From: an uncultured Armatimonadetes bacterium
GTDB taxonomy: Bacteria; Armatimonadota; Armatimonadia; Armatimonadales; Capsulimonadaceae
Length of the DNA stretch: 64,000 nt
Direction of reading: 5' to 3'
Assembly (NCBI GenBank): GCA_963835235.1
Contig: CAWIET010000003.1
Location: forward strand, 182,960 to 246,959
The position numbers were made by a program, and so were the translations under genes. Below the pieces are notes generated by a model. That model had not been told where the DNA came from. It did no database searches and saw only the letters and a list, made by a program, of their open reading frames with translations. Each line of letters opens with the position of its first letter. Within the stretch, counting starts at the first letter, position 1. Positions 9,010-19,338 of the stretch are shown here, piece after piece.

Positions 9010-9630
9010 ATGAGCAACATATTTCTTATCTTACACGGCTGGGGCGGCAACAAGGCGGAGCACTGGCAGGAGCATCTGGCGCGGGAATTGACGGCGGCGG
9101 GGAAGGACGTGCGGTATCCCAAAATGCCGGAGCCGATGGCCCCGAACCCGGATAAATGGATGGACGGTTTACACCACGTATTGGAGGACGTTCCGGCAGA
9201 CGCCAATTTAACCGTGCTGGCGCACTCGCTGGGAGCCATCAACTGGATGCGTAATGCGGCGATGGCAGAAGGAATGGGGAACGCGCGTCCCGGCCCGGTG
9301 GCCGACCGCGTGCTGCTGGTCGCGCCGCCGTATGTGATGCATGAAATCCCGCCGCTGGACGCGCCGCCCGGCGCGGCGGACTTCTTTCCGCCCGCGTTGT
9401 CCAAGCCGGGCATCGCCGCCGTGAGCCGCGAAACCGTGCTGGTGGCGTCCGACACGGATGATTACGCGACGTTTGATCAGTCGGCGGCGTATGCGGACGG
9501 TCTGGGCGTTCCCCTTGAGAAACTCGCAGGCGGAGGCCACATTTCGCCCTACTACGGCTATGGAGAATGGCCCTGGGTGCTGGAATGGGCATTGGGGCAG
9601 GCGTCCCTGCCGCCCCGGCCCAATCGCTGA
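9010..9630 (+). CDS. RBBP9/YdeN-family alpha/beta serine hydrolase
   Basis: IFLILHGWGGNKAEHWQ N-terminus, nucleophile elbow AHSLG, about 200 aa. Confidence 0.7.
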   Translation: MSNIFLILHGWGGNKAEHWQEHLARELTAAGKDVRYPKMPEPMAPNPDKWMDGLHHVLEDVPADANLTVLAHSLGAINWMRNAAMAEGMGNARPGPVADRVLLVAPPYVMHEIPPLDAPPGAADFFPPALSKPGIAAVSRETVLVASDTDDYATFDQSAAYADGLGVPLEKLAGGGHISPYYGYGEWPWVLEWALGQASLPPRPNR

Positions 9631-9637
9631 TGAAAAG

Positions 9638-9666
9638 AACCCCGCTCCGATTTGGGAGCGGGGTTC
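9638..9666. terminator. hairpin between convergent genes (bidirectional terminator candidate)
   Basis: GAACCCCGCTCC-gattt-GGGAGCGGGGTTC is a perfect 12-bp stem, preceded by AAAA. Confidence 0.6.
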
Positions 9667-9697
9667 GCGCTTTGCGAGCCTTCGCGCAGTGCGGGAA

Positions 9698-9910
9698 TTA
9701 ATTGTCCGCGCAGTGCGGGAACAGGGCGCGCAGGCCGTCCAGCGTTTCCTTGCGCTCCACGAATACGTTGTCCGGCAGCACCACGTCCACGATGGCGACG
9801 CCGCCCGCGCACACCTGCGAAATGCGGATTTCCGCCAGCAAACGCTCCCCCTCCTGGCAGCCCCCGCACAGGCTGGACAGCACCAGCGATTGCCCCGTTT
9901 CCCGCGTCAT
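9698..9910 (-). CDS. small CxxC protein, function unknown (weak resemblance to the NifU C-terminal domain)
   Basis: LVLSSLCGGCQEGERLLAEIRISQ pattern. The start was set at the internal ATG (MTRETGQ). Confidence 0.35.
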   Translation of the reverse strand: MTRETGQSLVLSSLCGGCQEGERLLAEIRISQVCAGGVAIVDVVLPDNVFVERKETLDGLRALFPHCADN

Positions 9911-10069
9911 TCGCACCCGCCGCCGCCCTAAGTCTTTGCTATTGCCGCCGTTGTATTCCACAGTCCCGTTCTCCTTGCCTTAAAATGAGTGCTGAGAACG
10001 ACGGCTTTGTCGTCCTCGCTGCCCGTTGCTGCATGAACCATGCCAACCGAGCGGGCAAGCGCAGAATGC

Positions 10070-12169
10070 TTAAGGTTCCAGGATAAACAAGCCCGCGCGT
10101 CCCCACCGTTCGCCCGCAATCGCGTGCAGGCAGGGCTTCGCGTCCAGCGCGCCGGAAAGCAGGTCGCGCGCAGCGGGGCGGCGTCCGTTGTGACCGATTT
10201 CTACGGTTTCCATATCTGGTGGGGCGAGTACCAGCAGAAGCACCTGATTGGTGAGGCGACACACCAGCGGCAGAAAAGAAACAGGGGAGCCATCCAAAGC
10301 AGCGCGCACGCCGACAAACTTCTCGGTGGCGGGGTCAGGAGAGAACGCGCGCCAGCCGAGCGTGACCGTGAGGCGGTCAAAGTCAACGACGGCGTCGGGC
10401 AGCAGGGCCGCCTGCGCGAGCAGGACGCGCGGGGCTAGCGCCAGTTCCCGCCAGGATTGGGCGCGCGACACCGCAGGCGTCTTGTCCCAAGCCGCGAGCG
10501 CATAACGCAGAAAACGGACATCATGGGTCAGGGCGAACAGGTGCAGGCCCGCTTCGGCGCAGTCGTACAGGCCGGAATGCAGGCCGTCGTCGCTCATGCC
10601 GGGCGCGTCGGGCAGCAGCGGCAGGGCCAGCAGCCACGCGCCCCAGGCGTTCAGGGCGGCGCGCAGGCGGGCGTTGGGCGCTTCGGCATCCAGGGCGGCC
10701 AGATTGGAAATCACTCTTGCCACAGACGCGGGAGAGGGAGCCTCAAAGCTGGACAGGCGCGCTTCCAGCAGAAAGTCCGCCACTTTCCAGGCGGCCTTGA
10801 GAAAGACTTCGTTCTTCGTTTCCCGATAGGCCAGAACGCACGGGCGAATGACTTCCGCCCCGTCCAGCGCGTCGGATGCATCCGGGGACGGCGGGAGCGC
10901 GCGCCCGTCATCAGGCAGGCTGCGCGTCGCGTGAAAGTGCGCGCCGTCATACCAGCCGTCGTGATTGCGCTTGAGAATAAGCCACTGGCAGATGTTCAGA
11001 GCCGACTGCGCCTGAAGCGGCTCTTTGCCCCCCAGCGCCTCATGGAGCAGGAAAAAGCCGCGCGCGAGACGGGCGCAGGACGCGATGCCGTGCGCCGCGC
11101 CGCCTTGAAAGTCGGTGAAGGCGTCGCCAGTCTTTTTGTCCCAGAACGCGCCTTTGTTCGGCTCCGGCTGACCGTCCCGGCCCATGACCTGAAAGTCGGC
11201 GGCAAGACCGCTCGCGCCGTAGCGGATAAGGCGGGGGACGTTCTCGCGCGCATGGAAGCGGTTCCAGTCCCAGAGGGCTTTGTAGGCGTCCAGCGGGTAA
11301 TGGGGGAAGCCCGCGTAAATCATGCCGTCTTCCTCGCCGGAGGGCGGCTTCAGATAAACGCGCTGCGCTCCGACAGCCTGGTAGCGCGCCGGGTCAGTCA
11401 GCTGCTTTGCGATGGGGGCAGGGTCAAAAGCAGGCACAGAAACCAGCGGATGCAGAACGTCGCCCGCCAGCAGCGCGTAACGTTCGGTCAGCGGGGCGCG
11501 CGCGGCGGCTTCCGTTTTGGCGCGCAGGAAGTAAACAAAGAAGCGCAGGCGCTTGCTGCCACCCATCGGGAAGCGGCGCGCGGACAGGCAAAAGGCGCTG
11601 CTCAACTCGTCCCACCCGGCTTCCGGCTCCAGCGTGCTGAAACAGGCCGCGAGGCCGCCCCAGTGGGAATGAACCAGCGACGCAAAGTGTCCGTTTTGCG
11701 CCGCCGCGTCTAATGTCCACACTTGAGGCCGGTGCAGCGGCACGCGCAGCGACAGATGCAGCGTACCCGTTTTGCGCGCTGCTGTCTGCACGCGCATTTC
11801 TGCGACAAACGCGCCTTCCCGCGTGGCGTCAGGCCGCAGGCGCATTTCCCAGTGCAGCAGCGCGCCGCCCGCACCTAATTTGCGCTGCCCACCAAAGCAA
11901 ACCAAGCCGCCGCGCTTCTTTTCATGCCAGCCGATAGCGAGCGGGTAGGTTTCGCCGCCGACGGTGACGCTCGCCAGCGGGCACAGCGGCGTGGTTTCCC
12001 ACAGCACGGCGAGCGTTTTCGCGCCGCCGCGCCCGCGCGCCGTCACCTGCATCTCCCAGGCGCGCGCGTCGCCCTGCCCGGAAGGAGTCCACGCCAGCCA
12101 GAGGGCGACTTTGGGGTCTTCCGTGCGGCACAGGCGGTAGGTCACGGTCTCATTGGGGGTATCAGTCAT
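10070..12169 (-). CDS. large hypothetical protein, possibly an (alpha/alpha)6-toroid carbohydrate-active enzyme
   Basis: 699-aa ORF with strong coding bias. The C-terminal half is helix-rich with W/H/D-rich repeats (ICQWLILKRNHDGWYDG). No catalytic motif was recognised. Confidence 0.4.
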   Translation of the reverse strand: MTDTPNETVTYRLCRTEDPKVALWLAWTPSGQGDARAWEMQVTARGRGGAKTLAVLWETTPLCPLASVTVGGETYPLAIGWHEKKRGGLVCFGGQRKLGAGGALLHWEMRLRPDATREGAFVAEMRVQTAARKTGTLHLSLRVPLHRPQVWTLDAAAQNGHFASLVHSHWGGLAACFSTLEPEAGWDELSSAFCLSARRFPMGGSKRLRFFVYFLRAKTEAAARAPLTERYALLAGDVLHPLVSVPAFDPAPIAKQLTDPARYQAVGAQRVYLKPPSGEEDGMIYAGFPHYPLDAYKALWDWNRFHARENVPRLIRYGASGLAADFQVMGRDGQPEPNKGAFWDKKTGDAFTDFQGGAAHGIASCARLARGFFLLHEALGGKEPLQAQSALNICQWLILKRNHDGWYDGAHFHATRSLPDDGRALPPSPDASDALDGAEVIRPCVLAYRETKNEVFLKAAWKVADFLLEARLSSFEAPSPASVARVISNLAALDAEAPNARLRAALNAWGAWLLALPLLPDAPGMSDDGLHSGLYDCAEAGLHLFALTHDVRFLRYALAAWDKTPAVSRAQSWRELALAPRVLLAQAALLPDAVVDFDRLTVTLGWRAFSPDPATEKFVGVRAALDGSPVSFLPLVCRLTNQVLLLVLAPPDMETVEIGHNGRRPAARDLLSGALDAKPCLHAIAGERWGRAGLFILEP

Positions 12170-12186
12170 AAAGGCTTCTCAGGTGC

Positions 12187-13044
12187 TCAGGCGGCAACTG
12201 CCGCGAATGCTTCTATCTCCAGACGCTTAAATTGCAGCGTGTCCAACAGGTCGGCTAAATCCGGCTCGCGCAGGCTGAAGTATTCCATGATGTGCGGGTC
12301 AATCTCGCGCAGCAACTCATCGCCGCCGCTGCCAATCCCGGCGCGGTGCGCCAGAATGTTGCCTAAATAGACAATCGCGGCCAAATCAAACGCGAACTGC
12401 GAGCGGGTCGGGTGGTGGTGAAACTCAACCGCCTCCACGAGCGAAACCGGCAGCCCCCAGCGTCCCAGCACCCAGCCGCCGAACGCCGGGTGCGGCAGGC
12501 CGAGAACCTGCTTCTCGGCGTCATGGATGGCAAGTTGCTCGCGGGCCACCAGTTCGGTCACGCTCGCCAGGGAGCGCGGCAGAAAGCGCGCAATCACGAT
12601 TTTCCCTACGTCATGGAGCAGGCCCGCCGTCCACGCCTTCTCAGCATGGGGAAAGCGGACGCGCTTGGCGACCAACTTGGCGACGGTCGCGGTCGCCACC
12701 GAATGCTTCCACAGAGCGGGCATATCAAACCCGGTAGTCACCGACAGGCGGAACAGGTCAAACACGGCGGCAGACAGCAGGGCGTTTTTGAGCGTGGCGA
12801 ACCCCAGCAGGCCAATCGCCTGCGGGACGCTGCTGATTTGCTGTCGGAAGCCATAGTACGCGGAGTTCGCCAGTTTCAGAATGCGCGCGGCCATCGCGGG
12901 GTCGGCCATGATGACGCGGGCCAAGTCTGCCGACGAACACAGTGGGTCTTCAATCATTTGCATGACGCGCAGCACAATGGCGGGCAGGGTCGGCAGGTCG
13001 CCGACTTTGCCGACAAGTTGGTCAAGGTACTCATTTCGGGTCAT
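12187..13044 (-). CDS. HDOD domain signalling protein
   Basis: LPTLPAIVLRVMQMIEDPLCSSADLARVIMADPAMAARILKLANSAYYG and LLHDVGKIV are typical HDOD motifs. Confidence 0.8.
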   Translation of the reverse strand: MTRNEYLDQLVGKVGDLPTLPAIVLRVMQMIEDPLCSSADLARVIMADPAMAARILKLANSAYYGFRQQISSVPQAIGLLGFATLKNALLSAAVFDLFRLSVTTGFDMPALWKHSVATATVAKLVAKRVRFPHAEKAWTAGLLHDVGKIVIARFLPRSLASVTELVAREQLAIHDAEKQVLGLPHPAFGGWVLGRWGLPVSLVEAVEFHHHPTRSQFAFDLAAIVYLGNILAHRAGIGSGGDELLREIDPHIMEYFSLREPDLADLLDTLQFKRLEIEAFAAVAA

Positions 13045-13332
13045 GGCAGCGGCGCTCCGGGGTATGGACTGCCGTTATTATCGGCAGTTTGGGGCGCGCT
13101 CTGTACCCAAAAAGTACGGGAAAGTGGGGAACAGGGGAAAAGGAAACGAGGGGTTGAAACCCTCTCGTGTGCGAGGCATCGAAATGCACTCGCTGGGGAA
13201 CCTGCGACTGAACGTGCCGGGCACGGCAGACAGTTAACCCGCGTTCTTTCTTCGTGCCCTGCACGTTCGGCGGTTCCTGCCGCCCCGCAGCGAGGGGGAT
13301 TTATCCCCTCGCCTGTGTTACTTATGCCTGTG

Positions 13333-14049
13333 TTACTGACGCAGGGAGCGCACAAAAGCCGTCATGGCCGCGATTTGGGCAGGCGTGTTGCGCGTGCCGA
13401 ACGCGGGCATCGCGCCTGCGACGCCATTTTTGATGGTGGCGGCAATTTGCGCGTCTTTCAAATCCGTGTTTTGCAGGGCGGGGCCGATGGCTCCCTGCCC
13501 GTTCGCGCCGTGACAGCGGGCGCATTCGGACGCATACAAACTTTGCCCGTGCACGAGCGAAGCATCCTGTGCGCCGCTTTTTGCCCCTTTGGGCGCGGCA
13601 GCGGAAGCGGCAGGCAACGGCGCTGCGCTGCCGCCGAGCAGCATTTCGCCGCCCCAGTAGCCCGCCCCCGCCATCAAAGCAGAAGCCACTACCGCGACGC
13701 CCAGATACGCCCCCATTGCTTTTTGGGACGCCCTCTCCCGAACGCGCAGACGCCATGCCGCCAGCCCGACCAGAAGCGCGGAAGCGGGCCACACGAATAA
13801 ATGGTGCTTTGCCAGAAGCCCGCTGCCCCACACGCGCCAATCCGTGAGCACCAACCCGGACACGACGGCGGCTATCATGCCGAGCGCGCCGAGCAGCAGC
13901 GCGTAAAACGCGGTCATTTGCAGGTCGCGGCGCTCCGGCTCGCGCTTGATGGCAAGCGCCAGCAAGTCAAACACGACGGACGCAATGAGAAGCGCAATCG
14001 GGAAGTGCGTGGTGCCGCCATGCAGTTTAGCCCAGAGGGAAGTGTCCAT
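13333..14049 (-). CDS. membrane protein (DUF2231-like N-terminus) fused to a class I c-type cytochrome domain
   Basis: HGGTTHFPIALLIASVVFDLLALAI plus further TM helices. The C-terminus has the haem site CARCHG and the distal-Met region GAMPAFG. Confidence 0.65.
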   Translation of the reverse strand: MDTSLWAKLHGGTTHFPIALLIASVVFDLLALAIKREPERRDLQMTAFYALLLGALGMIAAVVSGLVLTDWRVWGSGLLAKHHLFVWPASALLVGLAAWRLRVRERASQKAMGAYLGVAVVASALMAGAGYWGGEMLLGGSAAPLPAASAAAPKGAKSGAQDASLVHGQSLYASECARCHGANGQGAIGPALQNTDLKDAQIAATIKNGVAGAMPAFGTRNTPAQIAAMTAFVRSLRQ

Positions 14050-14075
14050 CGCGGAAATAGTACCCGGCGCGGGGA

Positions 14076-16533
14076 CTAATTTCGCGCGCCGGGCGCGGGC
14101 AGAAACGGATGGGCCGTTACCGTGCGCCCGTCACTAACGAACGTAATGGCTCCGTTCCAGGCTGTGCAGTACGTTTGGACATGGTGAGCGGCGAGGCGGG
14201 CCACCGTCGCCGGGGCGGGGTGTCCGAAGACGTTGTGCGCGCCGCAGGAGATAGCGGCAAAGCGCGGACGGACGCGGGCAAGCCAACTGTCGCCGGTCGC
14301 GTTGCCTGCCCCGTGATGGCCGACTTTGAGCACGTCAGCCGACAAGTCAGGCGCGGCGGCTTCTATCGCGTCCTCGGCGGCAGTTTCGGCGTCTCCCGTA
14401 AGCAGAAAGCGGGTGCGCCCGTCAGTCAGAAGCAGCACGGCGGAATAGTTGTTCACGGTGGCATCGTCGCCGCCCGTGCCATAGGGAAAGCCGTCGGCGG
14501 GCGGATTCAGCACGTCAGCGCGCACGCCATCGCCCAGGTTGATTGTCATGCCGCGCGCGGCGTGGGCGTAGGGAATGCGCTTTTGACGCACCAAACGCAA
14601 GAACTCGGTGTACGACGGCGATGGGTACGGCAGGCGCGTCCCGTCCAGCACGGCCCCAATTTCTTCGTCGCGCAGCACGGCAGGCAGGCCGCCCACATGG
14701 TCGCCGTGCGGGTGCGTGAGCACGAGAACATCCACGCGGTTGATGCCCTCATAGCGCAAAAACGGCAGCACGACCCGCTCGCCCACCGCGTCGCGCCGCT
14801 CGTGCGCGCCTGCCGACTCGTCGTTGGCCCCGCCGCCATCTATCAGCAGGACGCGGCCCGACGGCGTTTGTACGCAGATGCAGTCGCCCTGTCCCACGTC
14901 TAGCACGGTCACGCGCAGAGTTTTCGGCTCAGGGCGCGAGCGCAGAAGAGGGGGAAACAGCAGCCACAGCGTCAGACTCAGGGGCACAATCAGAAGCGCA
15001 AGTCGCAGACGGCGCGGCGAAACGGCGGGAAAGCGCATAAAGCCCTCCATAGATGACGGCGTAATAGGCCACAATCCAAATCGGCGCGGGCGGCGCCACA
15101 GCGCGCGCGGTCCAGGGCGCTTCGCCGAAGGCGCGCACGATCCCAATCAGAGAGACAAGTCCCCATCCGGCAGCGTGGAGCAGGGCCACGCCCGCCGCGT
15201 GGCCGATTTGCCACACGAGCGCGCCCGCCAATCCCAGCGGAACAAGCGCAAAAAGCAGGGGCACGACCAGGAGATTGGCCCAGACGCCCGCCAGCGAAAC
15301 TTGATTGTACGCGCTCGCCACGATGGGAGCCGCGCCTATCTGCGCGAACAACGTCAGGCCGACCAGTTCCAGAGCGCGTCCCGCCGCCCGGCGCAGTCGC
15401 ACAGAAGAAACCCACCGCTCCAAACGAGGCCGCCAGAAGGCTTCCCAGACCGGCAGGGCGAGCGCCAGCGTCAGCACCGTCAGAAACGAGAGTTGGAACC
15501 CGGCGTCCCACAGCGCGGTCGGCTGCGCCAGCAGGACGAATAAAGCCGCGACAGCCAGTGCGGTCGGCGCATCCGGCTCGCGCTCAAACACAATCGCCAG
15601 GAAGTAAACCGTCGCCATGACAACGGCTCTTGTGACTGATGGCCTGCCCCCGCAAGCCATCGCGTACAGCCAGAGCGTGCCGATAATCAGCACAGCAGAC
15701 AGTTTGCGCGGCAGGGTCAGACGCTCGCACAGGAACAAAAGCCACCACGCGAGAATGCCGACATGAAGGCCCGCCGTCGCCAGAATATGCACCGTGCCGG
15801 TGCGTACAAAGTCGTCCAGCAAATCGGACGGCAGAGCGGTGCGCTGCCCCAGCAGAATGCCCGCCAGCGCGGCAGATTGCACGGAAGGCAGAGAAGCGTC
15901 AATAGCCCGTAGCGTGCGTCTTCGTCCCTGCCATGCCAGCCGCAGAAAGAGGTTGGCGCGCGTCGGCCCCTGCACCTGCGCCCCCTGCGGACGCCGCACG
16001 TTCAATTGGCAATAAACGCCGCGCCGGGATAAGTACTCCTGCCACGAGAAGCCACCGGGGTTGGTTGCCGGACGCGGCGTTTCCAGGCGTCCGTCCAGCG
16101 CGACGCGGTCGCCGTAATCAGGCACGGAAGAACCCTGTGCGAGCGGCAGCGTCACCCAGACCGCGCCGCTTGCTGTCTGCGTCTGCCTGCGCGCCGTGAT
16201 TTGCGCCGCTTGCAGGACGAAATGGGCGCGGCCCTCGCGCGTGTCAGGTTCGCTGCCTACCGTTCCCATCACCTGCGCGCTTGCGCCCGCCCAGTGCGAA
16301 ATGTCATCAACGGGCACGCTCTGAAATGACGCCAAGCGCAGCGCGCCTGCCCCCCAGCCTGTCAGCAGCAGGCTCGCCGCCACCAGCGCAGGCCAGCGCC
16401 CGCCGCCGAGCAAAGCCAGCGCGCCTCCAAGCGCAGCGCCTCCTGCCGCCCACAGGGGAACGTGCCATTCTCCCCATGCCCCAACTCCCGCCAGAAATGC
16501 CAGCGTCCACGCCAGAAGTGGCCTGTGCCGCAT
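14076..16533 (-). pseudogene. comEC: ComEC/Rec2 DNA-uptake channel, split into two overlapping frames (frameshift near 15020-15045, or assembly error)
   Basis: The upstream frame (14929-16533) carries the polytopic competence domain. The downstream frame (14076-15146) carries the last TM helix and the metallo-beta-lactamase domain (LRVTVLDVGQGDCICVQTP...LTHPHGDHVGG). The join lies in GGGCTTTATGCGCTTTCCCGCC. Confidence 0.7.
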
Positions 16534-16644
16534 TGCTCCCGCCCTCCCTGCCACGTGAGTGTACGCTACAAAAGCGGGCGTTTCCTCCCAAAAGCGGCCT
16601 GGGGAGGAAACAAAGCATTTGGGGTACGCTGTGATTGGGACTGC

Positions 16645-17822
16645 ATGAAACCAAAACCACTCACCGAAGACGTACAGAACTTTGCCCAGAACATTGTGGA
16701 TACGGTGCGCGAGCCGCTCCTCATCCTGAACGCCAATTTGTGTCCACTCCGCCAACCGCGCTTTCTATCAGACCTTTCAAGTGTCCCCGGCAGAAACCGA
16801 AGACCATCATATCTACGATCTAGGCAACGGCCAGTGGGATATTCCCGCCCTGCGGACGCTCTTGGAAGACATCATTCCGCAAAGTTCCGTGTTTAACGAT
16901 TACGAACTAGAACACGACTTTCCTGCTATTGGACGGCGCGTCATTCTGCTCAACGCCCGCGAGCTTCGCGCTGGCAACCACACCGAGATGCTGGTTCTGG
17001 CAATGGAAGACGTGACCGAGCGGCAGCGCGTTCACGACCTGGAAGTGCGCTTCACCGAGAACTTGCAGGAAAGCTACCGGCGATTGCAGGAACTGGAAAA
17101 GCTGCGCGACGACCTCAAGAACATGATTGTCCATGACCTTCGCACGCCGCTCACTTCGGTGATTACAGGAATGCAGACGCTGGAAGGGATTGGCAACCTG
17201 GATGACACCCAGCGCGAGATGGTTGCGATTGCCATCAGCGGGGGGGAAACGTTGCTGGGGATGATCAATGACCTGCTGGAAGTAGAAAAGATGGAGTTCT
17301 GGCTCCATGCAGCTTGACTACGCCCTGCTGGATGCCGCCGAGCTTGTCGCCAGCGCCGCCGGTCAGGTAGCCTCGCTCTGCAAAAGCAGCAGCCTGGCCC
17401 TTGGGGTGCAGATCATGGCTCACCTGCCTGCATTTGCAGGGGATGAAAGCAAACTGCGCCGCGTTCTTGTCAATCTTTTAGGCAATGCCATCAAGTTTAC
17501 CCCTGCGGGCGGAACGCTGATGGTGGAAGCGCGGCTCAGCGAGAATGCCCAATCCATACTGTTTTCCGTCAGCGACACAAGCGAAGGCATTCCAGCGGAA
17601 GCATTTGAGCGCATCTTTGAGAAGTTCGGTCAGGTAGCATCGCGCCACGGCGGGCGCACGATGAGCACCGGATTGGGTTTAACCTTTTGCAAACTGGCAG
17701 TTCAAGCGCACGGCGGCCACATCAGCGTGGAAAGTATGCCAGGAGAAGGCAGCACGTTCTCCTTCACCATTCCCCTTCTTCCTTCTCATGCCCCGATTCC
17801 AACTCCGACAGCCACCAGCTGA
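16645..17822 (+). pseudogene. PAS-sensor histidine kinase interrupted by two 1-nt frameshifts
   Basis: The PAS segment (REPLLILNAN / VHSANRAFYQTFQVSPAETEDHHIYDLGNGQWDIPALR) changes frame near 16735-16742. The HisKA H-box is IVHDLRTPLTSV. EVEKME|SGSMQLDY is broken by an extra T at 17297-17298. The HATPase_c domain (LGNAIKFTP, GLGLTFCK) is in the third piece. Confidence 0.75.
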
Positions 17823-17923
17823 CACTTCCAGTGAGGCCGCGCAGGATTGTACGCAATGGCGCAGGGTGTTTCCTCCCTGTTTCGGCAGGAAAAACACGTA
17901 GGAATGAGAAAGAAGCCTTTGCC

Positions 17924-18490
17924 ATGTCAATCAATCGCATTATGACGGAAGACCTTGACCTGTGGTATGGGGAAGAGTTCCCGCCAGAGATACAAGACGC
18001 TTTGCGGACGCTGGCGCGAAGCCAGAAGGTTCAGGAAAGGAAACGGTGCGCCGAATGGCTCAAAGAGGGGGCATCCGTTGACGCAAACAAAGCGCTGGTG
18101 CTGGAACTGGCCGACCTGCTCATTCCTGACCGGAACAACGACATTCGGTGGGGGATACTCACCATTGCGCTCAGTCCCATCTTGCGTGACTGGGAGCCGG
18201 AGCAACTCTGGCCGCTCGTGGTGAAATGGGGAAGCGTCAAAAACAGGGACATCCGCACCGGGGTTGGCGTCTGCGTCTTGGAACACATCTTGGAGCATCA
18301 CTTTGACGAATACTTCCGCAGGTCAAAGCAGTTGATTGAAGGCGGCAACAGACTGTTCGGCTTCACCCTGTCCTGCTGCGGGAAATGGGGGCAGACGCAG
18401 GAACCGGCTAACGCCGAAGCGTTTGATGCGCTTGTCGCTCCCTTTGCGAGACTCCTCCCCAAGTCATCGTCGCCAACCGCCGCCGCGTGA
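17924..18490 (+). CDS. hypothetical protein (helical repeat-like)
   Basis: 188-aa ORF from ATG 17924 with good coding bias. No motif was recognised. Confidence 0.45.
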   Translation: MSINRIMTEDLDLWYGEEFPPEIQDALRTLARSQKVQERKRCAEWLKEGASVDANKALVLELADLLIPDRNNDIRWGILTIALSPILRDWEPEQLWPLVVKWGSVKNRDIRTGVGVCVLEHILEHHFDEYFRRSKQLIEGGNRLFGFTLSCCGKWGQTQEPANAEAFDALVAPFARLLPKSSSPTAAA

Positions 18491-18508
18491 TGCTCAACAG
18501 GTGTCCTA

Positions 18509-18679
18509 ATGCAGAGACGCAATAAACCGTTCTGGCAGATGCCCTGGTGGGAATGGCTGATTTTGCTGGGCAGCCTGAGCGTCATCTTCGCCTTCTGCTG
18601 GGCCGCACATTTAGAGGCGCTTGACGCGCGCGGGCATCACTTTATCCCAGAATCAGAACAGAGCGCGCCTGTGAAATAG
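18509..18679 (+). CDS. possible 56-aa single-pass membrane protein
   Basis: Translated by hand as MQRRNKPFWQMPWWEWLILLGSLSVIFAFCWAAHLEALDARGHHFIPESEQSAPVK. It falls below the ORF-track length cutoff. Confidence 0.3.
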   Translation: MQRRNKPFWQMPWWEWLILLGSLSVIFAFCWAAHLEALDARGHHFIPESEQSAPVK

Positions 18680-18738
18680 CCCTGCGCGGGCTTTGGAGGG
18701 GGCGCACAGCGCATCGCGCTCAGAAGATGAGGCCGAGT

Positions 18739-19338
18739 TCACCCCAGCCCAATCTGGCACAGACAGCAGCGCGAAACGGGGGACGGGGCAATCAAAACGC
18801 CGCACCCGGCGCAGGGAACCCAGCCGTGCGCCCGTTTCCATTCCGAAGCGCGGGCAAGGCGGGTGAGCGCGTGACGCAGACGGTCGCGGCCTGCTTCGTC
18901 TTCAATGCCGCCGACAGCGGCTTCAATGCGCGCGCGGGCATCGGGAGAAAGCAGCGTGGTTTCCAGTTCGCCGTCGGCGGGCGCGGCGGGCAGAGGCGGT
19001 TCCTTATTCACCGGAGGCGCTTTGGCGCGCGCCAGGCCACTCGCCTTGAAATGCAGGTCGGTGAGAACAGGGCCGCCCAGCGCGAGGTTCAGGCGGCGCA
19101 GAATATCGCCCTTCAGCAAGACCAACTCATTGGCCCACACGCTGTTTTTGACCCGGACAACCAACTCCGTGCCGTTCTGCACGCGCTCTACTTGCGTGAC
19201 TCCCGCCACCTGCGGCCCCACAATCTCCGCCCACAGCGCCTTCGCCAGATGCGGACGCAGTTTGGCGGCTAAATCGTGCGAGCGAAGCAGGCCGTCCAAA
19301 GCGCCGGACGCGGGGGAAATGATGGGAGAACGTCTCAT
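18739..19338 (-). CDS. DUF721 (DciA-type) protein with a C-terminal Cys-rich extension
   Basis: LAKALWAEIVGPQVAGVTQVERVQNGTELVVRVKNSVWANELVLLKGDILRRLN matches the DUF721 core usually found near recF, dnaN or gyrB. The tail has CAGCG...CCLC. Confidence 0.7.
   Translation of the reverse strand: MRRSPIISPASGALDGLLRSHDLAAKLRPHLAKALWAEIVGPQVAGVTQVERVQNGTELVVRVKNSVWANELVLLKGDILRRLNLALGGPVLTDLHFKASGLARAKAPPVNKEPPLPAAPADGELETTLLSPDARARIEAAVGGIEDEAGRDRLRHALTRLARASEWKRAHGWVPCAGCGVLIAPSPVSRCCLCQIGLG

Noticed and set aside
13045-13332. Riboswitch or small RNA in the 288-bp gap upstream of the HDOD gene, for example a c-di-GMP riboswitch
   Set aside because: I see several hairpins (GCGAGGGGGATTTATCCCCTCGC, GAGGGGTTGAAACCCTC followed by a T-rich run, CTGCCGATAATAACGGCAG). 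They read as terminators for the upstream cytochrome gene plus a promoter region. I could not recognise any known riboswitch consensus.
10457-13800. Long plus-strand ORFs 10457-11713 (418 aa) and 12412-13800 (462 aa)
   Set aside because: They are antisense to the 699-aa protein, the HDOD gene and the cytochrome c gene. They are Arg/Gly/Ala/Gln-rich low-complexity translations, and the second spans an intergenic region with terminator hairpins.
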